From contig CAWBMP010000004.1 of the NCBI GenBank assembly GCA_963790025.1, forward strand, positions 992,001 through 1,056,000: 64,000 nt of DNA, in the 5' to 3' direction. The translations under genes were made by a program, and so were the position numbers. Source of the stretch: Nitrospirota bacterium (lineage in GTDB: Bacteria; Nitrospirota; Thermodesulfovibrionia; Thermodesulfovibrionales; Dissulfurispiraceae). Shown in pieces: positions 1 to 10,144 of the stretch; position 1 is the stretch's first letter; the number at the start of each line of letters is the position of its first letter. Below the pieces are notes generated by a model. That model saw only the letters and a program-made list of their open reading frames with translations. It had not been told where the DNA came from and ran no database searches.

Positions 1-455
1 GCCGCGACATCGAACGCGAGGTGGTACCCATGGCCCTCGATCAGGGCCTCGCAATTCTTCCATGGAGCCCGCTGGCTGGGGGTTTGCTCTCAGGCAAGTT
101 TGATCTTGAGAAACCGGGACCGGAGGGCGCGAGACGCACCTCTTTCGATTTTCCGCCAGTTGATAAAGTTCGTGCTGCGGCGGTAATCAAGGTGATGCGT
201 GCCGTCGCCGGGGAGATGGGCATCTCCGTTGCAAAAGTCGCTCTCGCCTGGCTTCTGTCACGACCCTTCGTTACAAGCGTCATCATCGGAGCAAAGTCGC
301 ACGAGCAACTCTCAGATAATCTGGCCTCAAGCGACGTACGTTTAGCCCAGGAGCACATAATCCAACTCAATGAAGCAAGTGCGTTGCCCTCAGAGTATCC
401 AGGCTGGATGGTAGAAAGACAGAACAGGGATCGGCGTCCGGCAACAGCAGTCTGA
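1..455 (+). CDS. Aldo/keto reductase, C-terminal part (runs off window start)
   Basis: PWSPLAGGLLSGK, VALAWLL and VIIGAK..QL.DNL motifs typical of AKR C-terminus. Confidence 0.9.
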   Translation, partial: RDIEREVVPMALDQGLAILPWSPLAGGLLSGKFDLEKPGPEGARRTSFDFPPVDKVRAAAVIKVMRAVAGEMGISVAKVALAWLLSRPFVTSVIIGAKSHEQLSDNLASSDVRLAQEHIIQLNEASALPSEYPGWMVERQNRDRRPATAV

Positions 456-485
456 TCGCAACCTCAGGCGAGACAAATGGCGCAT

Positions 486-1238
486 TTAAGCTTCGTCATC
501 TATGTCGCCGCTACGATAGTACTTGTGCATCTCATCGGTATAGTTGCCGTCTTCATTATATATGATAAGCGGCTTTTCGATTTTCATGCCGGTCCTGGCC
601 CCTTTGGCAGCCTCAATTAGAAGCATCTTTGCATCGCTATTGACGGTCGAATGGACACAACGCACGCGTTTCACTTCCAGCCCATTGTCCTTCATGACAC
701 TAACGATTTCGGCCATCCGCTCCGGCAAATGAATAAGGCACAATCTTCCGTGGTGCTTCAGGAGGGCCGAGCCGGCCTTCACCAAATCTGCCAGGGAAAG
801 CAGTATTTCATGCCTGGCAATGGCCTTTTCATCATCGGGATTGATCAGTCCGGATTTCATCCTTCTGTATGGCGGGTTTGAAACAACGAGGTCGTATGCC
901 GGAGGACCCAGCGCCGAGGCGCCGAATCCATTTTCCGGCGAAAACATTTTTATGTCCATTCTGATTACCTTTACACGGTCTTCAAGCCTGTTCATTTCAA
1001 TATTTCTCTCGGCGAGCAGTGCGAGTTTTTCCTGCAATTCGACTAATACTACTTTTGAGCCGGCGTCTTTCTTGGCAAGGAGAAGTCCTATAATCCCGGA
1101 ACCGGCGCCGAAATCTGCGATCTTCCCGACAACCGGGCAGCGTGCAAAAGAGGCAAGCAGCAGCGCATCAACCGAAAAACGGTAGCCGTTTTTATGCTGA
1201 TAGACCTTGACACCTTTTAAAAAGTCGAGTGTAGTCAT
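486..1238 (-). CDS. tRNA1(Val) adenine(37)-N6 methyltransferase family
   Basis: YQ..GYRFSVDALLLA, DFGAGSGIIGL SAM motif, VVSNPPY, IARHE; start placed at ATG 1238 (MTTLD). Confidence 0.85.
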   Translation of the reverse strand: MTTLDFLKGVKVYQHKNGYRFSVDALLLASFARCPVVGKIADFGAGSGIIGLLLAKKDAGSKVVLVELQEKLALLAERNIEMNRLEDRVKVIRMDIKMFSPENGFGASALGPPAYDLVVSNPPYRRMKSGLINPDDEKAIARHEILLSLADLVKAGSALLKHHGRLCLIHLPERMAEIVSVMKDNGLEVKRVRCVHSTVNSDAKMLLIEAAKGARTGMKIEKPLIIYNEDGNYTDEMHKYYRSGDIDDEA

Positions 1239-1315
1239 CCTGGATAAGTTATTCCTGGGTAATGAAGGAAATATATACATATGATTTTAAGAAGTCAAGA
1301 GTCCCAAGGTTGACC

Positions 1316-2760
1316 TGTCAAGCCAATTTAGAAATGTCCTATTTTTACCAAAATAGAAATGTCCGGTTTTTACGCTGCTGCTTTCCTCAACCTTTTCCTC
1401 AACTCTTGCCTTTTGAATATAAGGTCTTGTGATGTTCTCCAGAGATGATCTTTTGCCGGCACGCTATTTTGTGAATATCGTCTAATGGTGCTTTTCTCTT
1501 TATTCATCTTTTCCGGCCGGGCATCAATTTCTTTATACTTAATGCGCCTATCCTGGTACATTACTAACATCGTGCCGTCAATGCGTTCTTCGACTATTAC
1601 TCTCGTCTTCTTTGGAAACGCCTCTTTAAGCTGATAGATTTTTTTATTGTGCCGTATAGTATTGTCATTTCCTACTGTATGCTCTGACCGTATACATAAT
1701 ATCCTGTTGAGGTTAAGTCCCTTTGGAATAGCCCTATGAATATCTTCCTTATGATGCGGATGAACCATAAATTTCTTATTAAAGTCAGCCCAATAATGTT
1801 CTTCCATGAACATGTTTGCTTCTTCTATTGTGTTGATTCCGCGCAGTCGCAGTTCCTTTACCAGTCGGTCCTGTAACGTTTCATACAGCCTCTCCACGCG
1901 CCCTTTCGCCTGAGGAGAATAAGCATGAATGCGTTTTACTCCAAGTTCTGCCAATGCTCTGCCAAACTCGCTCAAGGGTTCAGTGCCGTTAATCTCGTCC
2001 TCTATGGAGGGCTCAGATGAAGATTTATAGGTCTTGTGCCTATCAAAATATACGCTCATAGGAATGCCATATTTCCTTATGTACCGCTTAAAACTGTCCA
2101 TCGCAGGGATTGTGCCCTCGTATTCATAAAACCTGCCATATACTCTGCCCGTTGCGTCATCTATATAGGCCATTAGAACACATTGTGGGCCTCTGTCTTC
2201 AAACCATTTGTGATGTGAGCCATCCATCTGCAACATTTCCCCACAATTCATTTTCCGTGGACGCCATTGTCTATGTATCTTTCTTTTTCGTCTTTTCTGC
2301 CATTCTCCTGCCTCAATAAGCCATAAGCGTAAGGTCTCATCACTTATCTTTATTTCGTCTATCTCAAAGAGCTTTTCTGCTGCCAGAGTAGGCCCAAATC
2401 CTTTATACCGCTCCTTATATAACTTGATAACCCTTTCTTTGAGCTTCCTTGGCCTTTGTCTGTTCGATTGTCTGCCGCGAGATCGGTGCCTTATTCCTGT
2501 ATCCCCTTCCTCGCTTATACGTTTAACTATTCTCCTTATCTGTCTTTCACTCATTGAAATAATTTCGGCTGCCAGCCTCTGAGTTATCTCTCCTTCGATT
2601 ACTTTGTGAATTACATGCAATATCCTCAATTCCTTCTGCCGTACCATGATAATGTCCCCTTCTGCCATCCCGCCTCCCTCTCAAAAAGAGGCAGTATAGC
2701 ATTACCTCAATAGGACATTTCTAAATTGGTACTATAGGACATTATCATTTTGGCGCGACA
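1316..2760 (-). mobile_element. Insertion sequence, IS1202 family (formerly ISNCY), 1445 bp
   Basis: Ends TGT...ACA; imperfect IRs with repeated (T)AGAAATGTCC subterminal motifs; 17-bp direct repeat GAGTCCCAAGGTTGACC at 1299-1315 and 2761-2777. Confidence 0.92.
1370..2668 (-). CDS. DDE transposase (ISNCY/IS1202 type)
   Basis: N-terminal HTH, GEMLQMDGSHHKW, IDDATG, Y.DRH, SPQAKGRVER...TLQDRL. Confidence 0.95.
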   Translation of the reverse strand: MAEGDIIMVRQKELRILHVIHKVIEGEITQRLAAEIISMSERQIRRIVKRISEEGDTGIRHRSRGRQSNRQRPRKLKERVIKLYKERYKGFGPTLAAEKLFEIDEIKISDETLRLWLIEAGEWQKRRKRKIHRQWRPRKMNCGEMLQMDGSHHKWFEDRGPQCVLMAYIDDATGRVYGRFYEYEGTIPAMDSFKRYIRKYGIPMSVYFDRHKTYKSSSEPSIEDEINGTEPLSEFGRALAELGVKRIHAYSPQAKGRVERLYETLQDRLVKELRLRGINTIEEANMFMEEHYWADFNKKFMVHPHHKEDIHRAIPKGLNLNRILCIRSEHTVGNDNTIRHNKKIYQLKEAFPKKTRVIVEERIDGTMLVMYQDRRIKYKEIDARPEKMNKEKSTIRRYSQNSVPAKDHLWRTSQDLIFKRQELRKRLRKAAA

Positions 2761-2822
2761 GAGTCCCAAGGTTGACCGAAACCACTTTCCTTCGCTATCA
2801 TATGATCTGAAAGGAACCCTTA

Positions 2823-3716
2823 ATGCGCCCATTCAAAGAAATCAAGCATGATTACCGTTTTACTGAAGAAGATCAAAAGCGCCTCGTAGCACTTCAGTCT
2901 CTTATGACAGAACACACCGAGGAGATCATGAGCACGCTTAACCTCTGGTTCATGGGCACCAGAGGCGCCGCGACCTTCTTCACGACCGCGACGCTTAAAA
3001 ACCATGTGTTCAAGGCCCAGAAGGTGTGGTTTGAGGGGCTCTTTTCCGGTACCTATGACAACCGGTTCTACGAACGGCTCATAAAGATAGGCGGCGCCCA
3101 TGTGAGGCGAAATGTCGATGTCCACTACTTGCAGCGTGCAGCCAACATCATCAAAAACGCATGCACTGGGGTCCTCTCCGAGGTAGACGAACCGGTGGCG
3201 GAGATCACAAGCAATATGATCAGTGTGGGAAAGATCATTGACATCAGCATGAACGTGATCATAAGCGCGTACATCGAAGAAGAGATACGCCTCTACTCCC
3301 CCATCTACAAAGTAAAAAGCGCTCTGCTCAGCTTTTCTGAGCTCTTCTCACAGGGCACCAATTTCATGCTGGTGTTCGCGCTCATCGGTCTGACGCTCGG
3401 GGTCGTGTGGCTTTTCCTCCGGGATGTGATCAATATCTTCTCCGGTGATCTCGAGCAGGGCATTATCTCTTCCCTCGGGTCCATGCTCCTGATCTGGCTA
3501 ATGATAGAACTCATGAACACCGAGATCTCGCATCTGAAAGGCGGCAAATTTCACATAAGCGTTTTCGTGGGTGTTGCGCTTGTGACGATGATCCGGGAAA
3601 CGATGATCGCCACCCTCCGCCATGAAAAACCGGAGTCAGTTTATTATCTTATAGCCGCCATCCTCGTGATCGGTTTCGTATACTGGATTGTCACCAAAAC
3701 CGAAGATCGGAAATAA
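2823..3716 (+). CDS. Protoglobin-domain protein fused to PsiE-like membrane domain
   Basis: Globin-coupled-sensor-like N-terminus (FTEEDQKRL..., IGGAHVRRNV) plus four C-terminal TM helices with FVGVALVTMIRE. Confidence 0.75.
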   Translation: MRPFKEIKHDYRFTEEDQKRLVALQSLMTEHTEEIMSTLNLWFMGTRGAATFFTTATLKNHVFKAQKVWFEGLFSGTYDNRFYERLIKIGGAHVRRNVDVHYLQRAANIIKNACTGVLSEVDEPVAEITSNMISVGKIIDISMNVIISAYIEEEIRLYSPIYKVKSALLSFSELFSQGTNFMLVFALIGLTLGVVWLFLRDVINIFSGDLEQGIISSLGSMLLIWLMIELMNTEISHLKGGKFHISVFVGVALVTMIRETMIATLRHEKPESVYYLIAAILVIGFVYWIVTKTEDRK

Positions 3717-3727
3717 TAAACTCTGTT

Positions 3728-4786
3728 CTATGCTTCCCTGATCATTATCATCAGCGCTTCGAGCAACTCGTCCTCTTTGACCTGTCTTACCACTTCCCCT
3801 TTTTTAAAGACAAGTCCCATGCCCTTTCCCCCTGCGATGCCGAAATCTGCTTCTCTGGCCTCACCGGGACCGTTAACCACACAGCCCATGACCGCAACGC
3901 TGATCGGTTCTTTAATGTCCTTAATCGCATCTTCCACTTTTTGTGCAAGCGGCTTTAAATCAATACAGCACCTGCCGCATGTAGGGCATGAAATTAGTTC
4001 AGGTCCATGCCGGCGCAGACCGAGAGATTTCAGAATCTCATATGCCACCCGGATCTCTTCCGCCGGCTCGGCGGTTAGCGACACCCTCATCGTATCGCCT
4101 ATCCCTTCGGCAAGCAATATGCCGAGCCCGACAGAACTTTTAATGGTCCCGGTGAAAGGGGGGCCTGCCTCTGAAATGCCGATATGGAGCGGGTAATCAT
4201 ATTTTCCCGAAAACAAGCGGTAGGCTTCGACTGTTTTCATAACATTCGAGGCCTTGAGCGATATCTTTATATTTTGAAAATTCAAGTCTTCAAGTATCCT
4301 GATATGGGCCTCGGCACTTTCCACAAGGGCCTCTGGAGTCGGATGTCCGAACTTCTCAAGCAGGGTTTTATCCAGCGAACCGGCATTTACGCCGATCCTT
4401 ATAGGCACGGAGCGTTCAGATGCAGCGAGCACTACCTCTTTTATCTTCCAGAGAGCGCCGATATTGCCCGGATTCAGCCTTAGACCATCTACACCCTGTG
4501 TCAGCGCCTCAAGCGCTAACCTCCAGTCGAAATGTATATCGGCAACAAGAGGGATATTTACTTCCTTCTTGATCGGCCCGAGGGAGCGGGCTGCATCCAT
4601 GTCCGGGACAGCCAGCCGGATAATCTCACATCCCTGCGTTTCGAGATAGTGTATTTGTTCGGCAGTCGCCCTAACATTGCGTGTATCGGTTTTTGTCATT
4701 GATTGAACTGATATAGGGCTGCCCCCGCCTATTGGAACGTCTCCGACATATATCTGCCTGGTTTTTTTTCTATCAATTAGTGACAT
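3728..4786 (-). CDS. ispG: (E)-4-hydroxy-3-methylbut-2-enyl diphosphate synthase
   Basis: SVQSMT, ADIHFD, RLNPGNIG, CPTCGR and MGCVVNGPGEA. Confidence 0.97.
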   Translation of the reverse strand: MSLIDRKKTRQIYVGDVPIGGGSPISVQSMTKTDTRNVRATAEQIHYLETQGCEIIRLAVPDMDAARSLGPIKKEVNIPLVADIHFDWRLALEALTQGVDGLRLNPGNIGALWKIKEVVLAASERSVPIRIGVNAGSLDKTLLEKFGHPTPEALVESAEAHIRILEDLNFQNIKISLKASNVMKTVEAYRLFSGKYDYPLHIGISEAGPPFTGTIKSSVGLGILLAEGIGDTMRVSLTAEPAEEIRVAYEILKSLGLRRHGPELISCPTCGRCCIDLKPLAQKVEDAIKDIKEPISVAVMGCVVNGPGEAREADFGIAGGKGMGLVFKKGEVVRQVKEDELLEALMIMIREA

Positions 4787-4805
4787 ACATATTCATCCTC
4801 TCTTA

Positions 4806-5804
4806 TTAGGAATCTCCGCCGGACCGTATTCTCCTGATCGCAGCCATATGCTCTTCCAGTGTTTTTGAGAAGTAGTGCTTACCGTTGTTTTCCGACACAA
4901 AATACAGGTAGGGCACCTTCGCAGGGTACAATGCCGCGGTAATAGATTTTATTCCGGGGCACGCTATCGGGCCAGGAGGAAGCCCTTTAATTACATAAGT
5001 ATTGTAATCGGTCTTTCTTTTGAGATCACTCCTCGTTATTTTTCGTCTGCTGCTTTTTACACCGTAGATTGAGGTTGGATCTGCCTGCAGGGGCATGTCC
5101 TTCTTTATCCTGTTATGATAGACAGCGGAAATGATGGGCCGCTCATCATCGCTTATTGCCTCTTTTTCTATAATGGATGCAAGAGTCAACACCCTGTTCT
5201 CGCTCCAGCCGATTTCCTTCATGCGCTCCAGCAACTTTTCTGTATACTCACTTCTGAGCATGCCTACCATGCCTTTCAACAGCACCTTAGGATTTACCCC
5301 TTTGGGAATTCTGTAGGTTTGTGGGAAAATATAACCCTCCAGGCTAGGGGCATCGACATCAAGGAGTTTCAAAAAATCTCTGTCCCTTGTGAGACGATTA
5401 AAATCTTCTATATGCATAATTTTATTTTCAGCAAGCTTATTGCCGATTTCAAGCAGACTGTCTCCCTCGACAATTGTCACATCATATTCTATAATTTTCC
5501 CCTCTTTCAGGCGTTTGAACACCTGAAAAGGGCTCATAGTTCCCCAAAAAGAGTAAAACCCGTACCGTATTTTCCGGTCAAGGCCCGTCAGTCTCCCAAG
5601 TACAATAAAAATATTTTTGTCCCTGATAAGATTGTTCCCGTAGAGAATATTGATGGCCTGCTTATAGGTAGCCCCTTCCGGTATCTCCACCTCAAGCTGT
5701 TTTTTCCCGATATCCGAGGGTACGAAAAGCTGCATGCTCACATACACCAGTGGAAGAATCAAGAGTGTTGCTATGACAATTTTGAAATTCTGTTTTATGC
5801 TCAT
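4806..5804 (-). CDS. mltG: Endolytic transglycosylase MltG
   Basis: LEGYIFPQTY, LASIIEKE, LQADPT, YNTY...GLPPGPIACPG, YLYFVS. Confidence 0.95.
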   Translation of the reverse strand: MSIKQNFKIVIATLLILPLVYVSMQLFVPSDIGKKQLEVEIPEGATYKQAINILYGNNLIRDKNIFIVLGRLTGLDRKIRYGFYSFWGTMSPFQVFKRLKEGKIIEYDVTIVEGDSLLEIGNKLAENKIMHIEDFNRLTRDRDFLKLLDVDAPSLEGYIFPQTYRIPKGVNPKVLLKGMVGMLRSEYTEKLLERMKEIGWSENRVLTLASIIEKEAISDDERPIISAVYHNRIKKDMPLQADPTSIYGVKSSRRKITRSDLKRKTDYNTYVIKGLPPGPIACPGIKSITAALYPAKVPYLYFVSENNGKHYFSKTLEEHMAAIRRIRSGGDS

Positions 5805-5831
5805 AGTATTTAAGGATAACAGATAATAATT

Positions 5832-5875
5832 AAAAAACAGAAACGGGGCGGTCTGAAAAGACCGCCCCTGTTTTT
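5832..5875 (-). terminator. Intrinsic terminator after groEL (possibly bidirectional)
   Basis: GGGGCGGTCT-GAAA-AGACCGCCCC stem flanked by A- and T-runs. Confidence 0.8.
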
Positions 5876-5899
5876 ATTCTGATTTCTGACTTCTATCGT

Positions 5900-7534
5900 T
5901 TAGTACATTCCTTCCATACCGCCGCCGCCAGGCATCGGAGGCATCTTTTTGTCCTCCTCAGGCAACTCGGTAATCATTACTTCCGTAGTAAGCATCAAGC
6001 CGGCCACTGACGATGCATTCTGCAGTGCGGATCTGGTGACCTTTGTAGGATCGATGATGCCCGCCTTGATCATATCGACAAATTCCTCCTTGTATGCATC
6101 GTATCCGTAATTTACATCTTTCGAAGCCTTCACCTTTTCAACGATAACAGCACTCTCGATGCCGGCATTCTGAATTATTTGCTTTATCGGCTCTTCAAGC
6201 GCCTTCTTGACTATACTCACGCCAAGCTGCTGGTCATGGTCCAGCTTCATCTTATCCAGCGCCTTCATGCACCTGATAAGGGCAACACCTCCGCCAGGCA
6301 CAATACCTTCTTCAACTGCCGCCCTCGTTGCATGGAGAGCGTCTTCAACTCTGGCCTTTTTCTCTTTCATTTCAGATTCGGTCGCGGCACCGACGTTAAT
6401 AACTGCTACGCCCCCGACCAGTTTCGCAAGCCGCTCCTGAAGTTTTTCCCTGTCGTAGTCAGAAGTGGTCTCATCAACCTGGGTCTTGATCTGTTTTACC
6501 CTGCCCTGAATCTGCGCTTCGTTGCCCGCGCCCTCGACAATCGTGGTATTTTCCTTATCGATGGTGATTTTGCGGGCCCTGCCCAAATCATTGATCTTTA
6601 CGTTTTCGAGTTTAAGTCCGAGGTCCTCGGAAATGACTGTACCGCCGGTCAGAATGGCGATATCTTCGAGCATTGCCTTTCTTCTGTCTCCAAAACCCGG
6701 GGCCTTCACCGCCGCAACCTGAAGGGTCCCGCGCAATTTGTTCACAACGAGTGTTGCAAGTGCCTCTCCCTCGACTTCTTCGGAAATGATGACAAGTGGC
6801 TTGCCCATTTTTGCGATCTGTTCAAGAATGGGAAGGAGGTCTTTCATGGTCGAAATCTTTTTGTCGTGCAGAAGAATGAAGGCATCATCAAGTGCACACT
6901 CCATCCTGTCGGGATCGGTGATAAAGTACGGGGAAATATATCCCCTGTCAAACTGCATTCCCTCTACCACGTCCAGGGTCGTTGCCATCCCCTTAGCTTC
7001 TTCAACCGTAATAACGCCGTCTTTGCCGACCTTGTCCATCGCCTCGGCAATCAATTCGCCGACCGAAGGATCACTATTGGCAGAGATGGTGCCTACCTGG
7101 GCAATTTCCTTCTTCTCGGCAACAGGCCTGCTCATTGTTTTTAATTCTTCCACCACGGTTTCGACTGCTCTGTCGATTCCCCGCTTCAGGTCGATGGAAT
7201 TGGCGCCTGCGGTCACATGCCTCATGCCCTCTTTGTAAATAGCATAAGCGAGCACGGTCGCGGTTGTTGTCCCGTCACCTGCCACATCAGAGGTTTTGGA
7301 AGCGACCTCTCTCAGGAGCTGGGCGCCCATATTCTCGTAAGGGTCTTTCAGCTCGATTTCCTTTGCAACGGTAACGCCGTCCTTGGTTATATTCGGCGCA
7401 CCGAATTTCCTGTCTATAATAACATTCCTTCCCCTAGGGCCTAGAGTCGCCTTGACTGCGTCTGTAAGTATGGTCACGCCCTTTAAAATCGTCTGTCTTG
7501 CCGCTTCGTCAAACAGAAGTTGTTTTGCCGCCAT
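5900..7534 (-). CDS. groL: Chaperonin GroEL
   Basis: [22 protein letters not shown]-rich [11 protein letters not shown] tail. Confidence 0.99.
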   Translation of the reverse strand: MAAKQLLFDEAARQTILKGVTILTDAVKATLGPRGRNVIIDRKFGAPNITKDGVTVAKEIELKDPYENMGAQLLREVASKTSDVAGDGTTTATVLAYAIYKEGMRHVTAGANSIDLKRGIDRAVETVVEELKTMSRPVAEKKEIAQVGTISANSDPSVGELIAEAMDKVGKDGVITVEEAKGMATTLDVVEGMQFDRGYISPYFITDPDRMECALDDAFILLHDKKISTMKDLLPILEQIAKMGKPLVIISEEVEGEALATLVVNKLRGTLQVAAVKAPGFGDRRKAMLEDIAILTGGTVISEDLGLKLENVKINDLGRARKITIDKENTTIVEGAGNEAQIQGRVKQIKTQVDETTSDYDREKLQERLAKLVGGVAVINVGAATESEMKEKKARVEDALHATRAAVEEGIVPGGGVALIRCMKALDKMKLDHDQQLGVSIVKKALEEPIKQIIQNAGIESAVIVEKVKASKDVNYGYDAYKEEFVDMIKAGIIDPTKVTRSALQNASSVAGLMLTTEVMITELPEEDKKMPPMPGGGGMEGMY

Positions 7535-7557
7535 AATGTTCAGTCCTCCTTTTTTTC

Positions 7558-7821
7558 TTACTCAATTATTCCTAAAAGATCTTCTTCTTTTACGATGAGA
7601 TATTCAACGTTGTCGATCTTGATTTTCGATCCCGAATACTTGTCGAAAAGCACCTGATTTCCGGCTTTCACTTCCTTCACTTCAGAGCCGACTGCATCCA
7701 CCGTTCCCTTTTGGGGTTTCTCCTTTGCAACATCGGGAACATAAATGCCCCCCGCTGTCTTTTCGATGTCCTCTTCTGAATACCTGATGACTACTTTGTC
7801 CTTAAGTGGCTTAATCTTCAT
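7558..7821 (-). CDS. groS: Co-chaperonin GroES
   Basis: [27 protein letters not shown]; directly upstream of groEL. Confidence 0.97.
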   Translation of the reverse strand: MKIKPLKDKVVIRYSEEDIEKTAGGIYVPDVAKEKPQKGTVDAVGSEVKEVKAGNQVLFDKYSGSKIKIDNVEYLIVKEEDLLGIIE

Positions 7822-7906
7822 ACCGAACTAACCTCCTTCTAAAAGTAATTTTCAATCCTTAACGGAAAAACCGTTTAAGGTAATGATTGATATTGATGGC
7901 CCATTA

Positions 7907-7933
7907 TTAGCACTCATCACCATTGAGTGCTAA
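7907..7933. promoter_or_regulatory. CIRCE element (HrcA operator)
   Basis: Perfect TTAGCACTC-N9-GAGTGCTAA upstream of groES. Confidence 0.97.
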
Positions 7934-8052
7934 TAATAACGCGAAAACGAGGGTAGTTGCAAGGCTTCACAAGAACAAATATAGCCTACCAGAGATAAAT
8001 ATTAGTGATTTTTAGCTATTTTCTACGATTTCTAGCTCTTTTCTAACAAAAT

Positions 8053-8715
8053 CTATCTTTTTTGCGGCAACCACAACTTTATTGTGCCCAGGCCTGCCAG
8101 AAAGCCGCCTACGTGAGCAAACCATGCAACCCCGCCATGTTGAAGAGAGCCGGCACTAAGGAGTCCGCTGATGACCTGCAGCAGTATCCAAAAACCGATG
8201 ACAAAAACTGCGGGGATTCGAACAACTTGCCAGAAAAATCCAAAGAAAAGAAGGGTATGCACCTTTGCTCTAGGGAAAAGCAGGATGTAGGCGCCCAATA
8301 TGCCTGATATTGCACCACTGGCGCCGATCATGGGCATCATCGATTTGGGATCAGTCAGCGCATACGCATATACCGCGACAATACCTGAAAATAGGTAAAA
8401 CAATAAAAACATGAAGTGGCCGAGCTCATCTTCAATATTATCGCCAAATATCCACAGGAAAAGCATATTCCCCGCTACATGCAAAAAACCGCCATGAAGG
8501 AACATGGAGGTAAATATACTTTCAAGCGGAGACACCTGCTGTGCGCTGTGAAAAGTAATAAGGTTATGAGGTATGGCCCCATAGAGCAAGGCAATCTGCT
8601 CACCCTCAACTGGGGTCATCATTTCCCAGAGAAACACTATAATATTGGCAATAATCAGCCCCACGGTGACGAATGGAAAAGTGCGGGACGGATTATCTAC
8701 TTTAAAGGGAATCAT
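8053..8715 (-). CDS. Rhomboid family intramembrane serine protease
   Basis: FLHGGFLHVAGNM, GASGAISG, AHVGGF. Confidence 0.95.
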   Translation of the reverse strand: MIPFKVDNPSRTFPFVTVGLIIANIIVFLWEMMTPVEGEQIALLYGAIPHNLITFHSAQQVSPLESIFTSMFLHGGFLHVAGNMLFLWIFGDNIEDELGHFMFLLFYLFSGIVAVYAYALTDPKSMMPMIGASGAISGILGAYILLFPRAKVHTLLFFGFFWQVVRIPAVFVIGFWILLQVISGLLSAGSLQHGGVAWFAHVGGFLAGLGTIKLWLPQKR

Positions 8716-8896
8716 TTATGCACCATAATTTGATTAGTTTGCTTCTGTAACTTACTCATATTTAAGTTATATTGTATTCTGTCTTGATTGCTTTTGTAAA
8801 AGTTCATCCCTCCGTGACAATTATGAATCAGGGCACGCAAGCCTTGGGAATGTCAAAAAAGCAAAAATTTTTTAGGTGTGTGGAAGCCTGGAATAG

Positions 8897-8942
8897 TAAA
8901 TGAACCACGCTCCGGGTTGTAACCGGGAGCGTGGCTCATTTA
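8897..8942 (-). terminator. Long hairpin closing the leftward nuclease array
   Basis: TAAATGAACCACGCTCC / GGAGCGTGGCTCATTTA inverted repeat just past the stop at 8967. Confidence 0.6.
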
Positions 8943-8966
8943 TTGTTTGGGTCAAGAGCAGCGCGG

Positions 8967-9266
8967 TCAGCAGAAGAATGTTTGCAGTTTTCCCCTGAGT
9001 CCTTTTGCGGTTTGCAGAAGTGTTGTCGACATCTTCCTTATCGTCGCCAGGCCACAAGTAATGACGTCTTTGGTCGTCACTTCCCAGCCCTCTTTAATTT
9101 TTCCCGATATCAATCTCAAAATTTTCGCTATGGCTTCATGGAAACGTTCGATGAGTTTCTCCAGAAGGTAAGCGATATAAACTTCTATGGCGAGAGCTGC
9201 AAAGCTTGCCAACTCCTGATGATGATTACGGAAATCTTTTACAAGCTGCTCTATTAAATGATTCAT
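8967..9266 (-). CDS. Hypothetical protein (99 aa)
   Basis: Strong AAGGAGG RBS; coupled to the upstream EEP gene; no family recognised. Confidence 0.6.
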   Translation of the reverse strand: MNHLIEQLVKDFRNHHQELASFAALAIEVYIAYLLEKLIERFHEAIAKILRLISGKIKEGWEVTTKDVITCGLATIRKMSTTLLQTAKGLRGKLQTFFC

Positions 9267-9276
9267 AGTTCCTCCT

Positions 9277-10044
9277 TTAAATATTGAAAGTGGCGCTTAC
9301 CGGGCAGTGGTCTGAAACAGTTGACCAGTAGTTATAATCATCTTCGTGGCTTTTGCAGTCCAGGCGGCAGGCCCCTCCAACGGACACACCTTTAAAATGC
9401 GGGACAAGGGCAGGAGAAACAAGGATATGGTCAACCCTGCTTCCGTACTTCTCGGTCATGGTGTAAGCATCTCCAGCAGTAGCCAGCACAAATCTGGTAG
9501 CCTTTACAAAAGACTTGAGTTCCTCAAGGTTCTCGCCTCGACCACTAAAGCAGTTCATGTCGCCCAGGAGCAGCATGCGCTTATCGGCGGCAAGCTCTTT
9601 AATTATCCTGGTGAGCACTTTCCACTGCATCCTTCTTGTGTTCATATCCTTTTTCTTCTTTCCGGACTTCAGGTGGACGACAAGGACTTCAAAAAGAAGA
9701 CCTGTCTCAGTGAATTCAAATTCACCAAGCAGCGCAGGTCTTACTCTTCTGCCAACATCCACCTCGTCGTACGTTTTGAAACCAAGAGATTTCACGCGTA
9801 AGCCGTTGTAGAGCAGGCCGACCTTCTGGCTTGGATACTTCGTGGCAACAAATTTCCACTCTTCGCCGAGGAAATAAGTCGCATCCTTCTGAAAAAGACC
9901 GGGGTCCGTGATTTCCTGAACACCTGCAACGTCACATCCCTCCATCTCGCTGAAAAGGGCCATGTTGTCTTTTTCATAGCCCGCCTTTCCAAACCACTCT
10001 ATATTTAGAGTGGTTACTGTAAGTCCTTCTGTTTTTTTCTCCAT
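9277..10044 (-). CDS. Endonuclease/exonuclease/phosphatase (EEP) family protein
   Basis: TLNIEWF, VAGVQEI, VHLKS, LLGDMN, VDHILVS, SDHCPV. Confidence 0.9.
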   Translation of the reverse strand: MEKKTEGLTVTTLNIEWFGKAGYEKDNMALFSEMEGCDVAGVQEITDPGLFQKDATYFLGEEWKFVATKYPSQKVGLLYNGLRVKSLGFKTYDEVDVGRRVRPALLGEFEFTETGLLFEVLVVHLKSGKKKKDMNTRRMQWKVLTRIIKELAADKRMLLLGDMNCFSGRGENLEELKSFVKATRFVLATAGDAYTMTEKYGSRVDHILVSPALVPHFKGVSVGGACRLDCKSHEDDYNYWSTVSDHCPVSATFNI

Positions 10045-10144
10045 TTCTTCTCCTTTTTTGGGCACAAAAAAGCCGGTGATCCGTATAACCGATACCAGCC
10101 CTTTAGGGGTTATTTGTCTGAGGCGAAAATTCTAACTGCGGATT

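Noticed and set aside
6179..7144. 321-aa plus-strand ORF and other long antisense ORFs
   Set aside because: Shadows of groEL and other clear genes on the opposite strand
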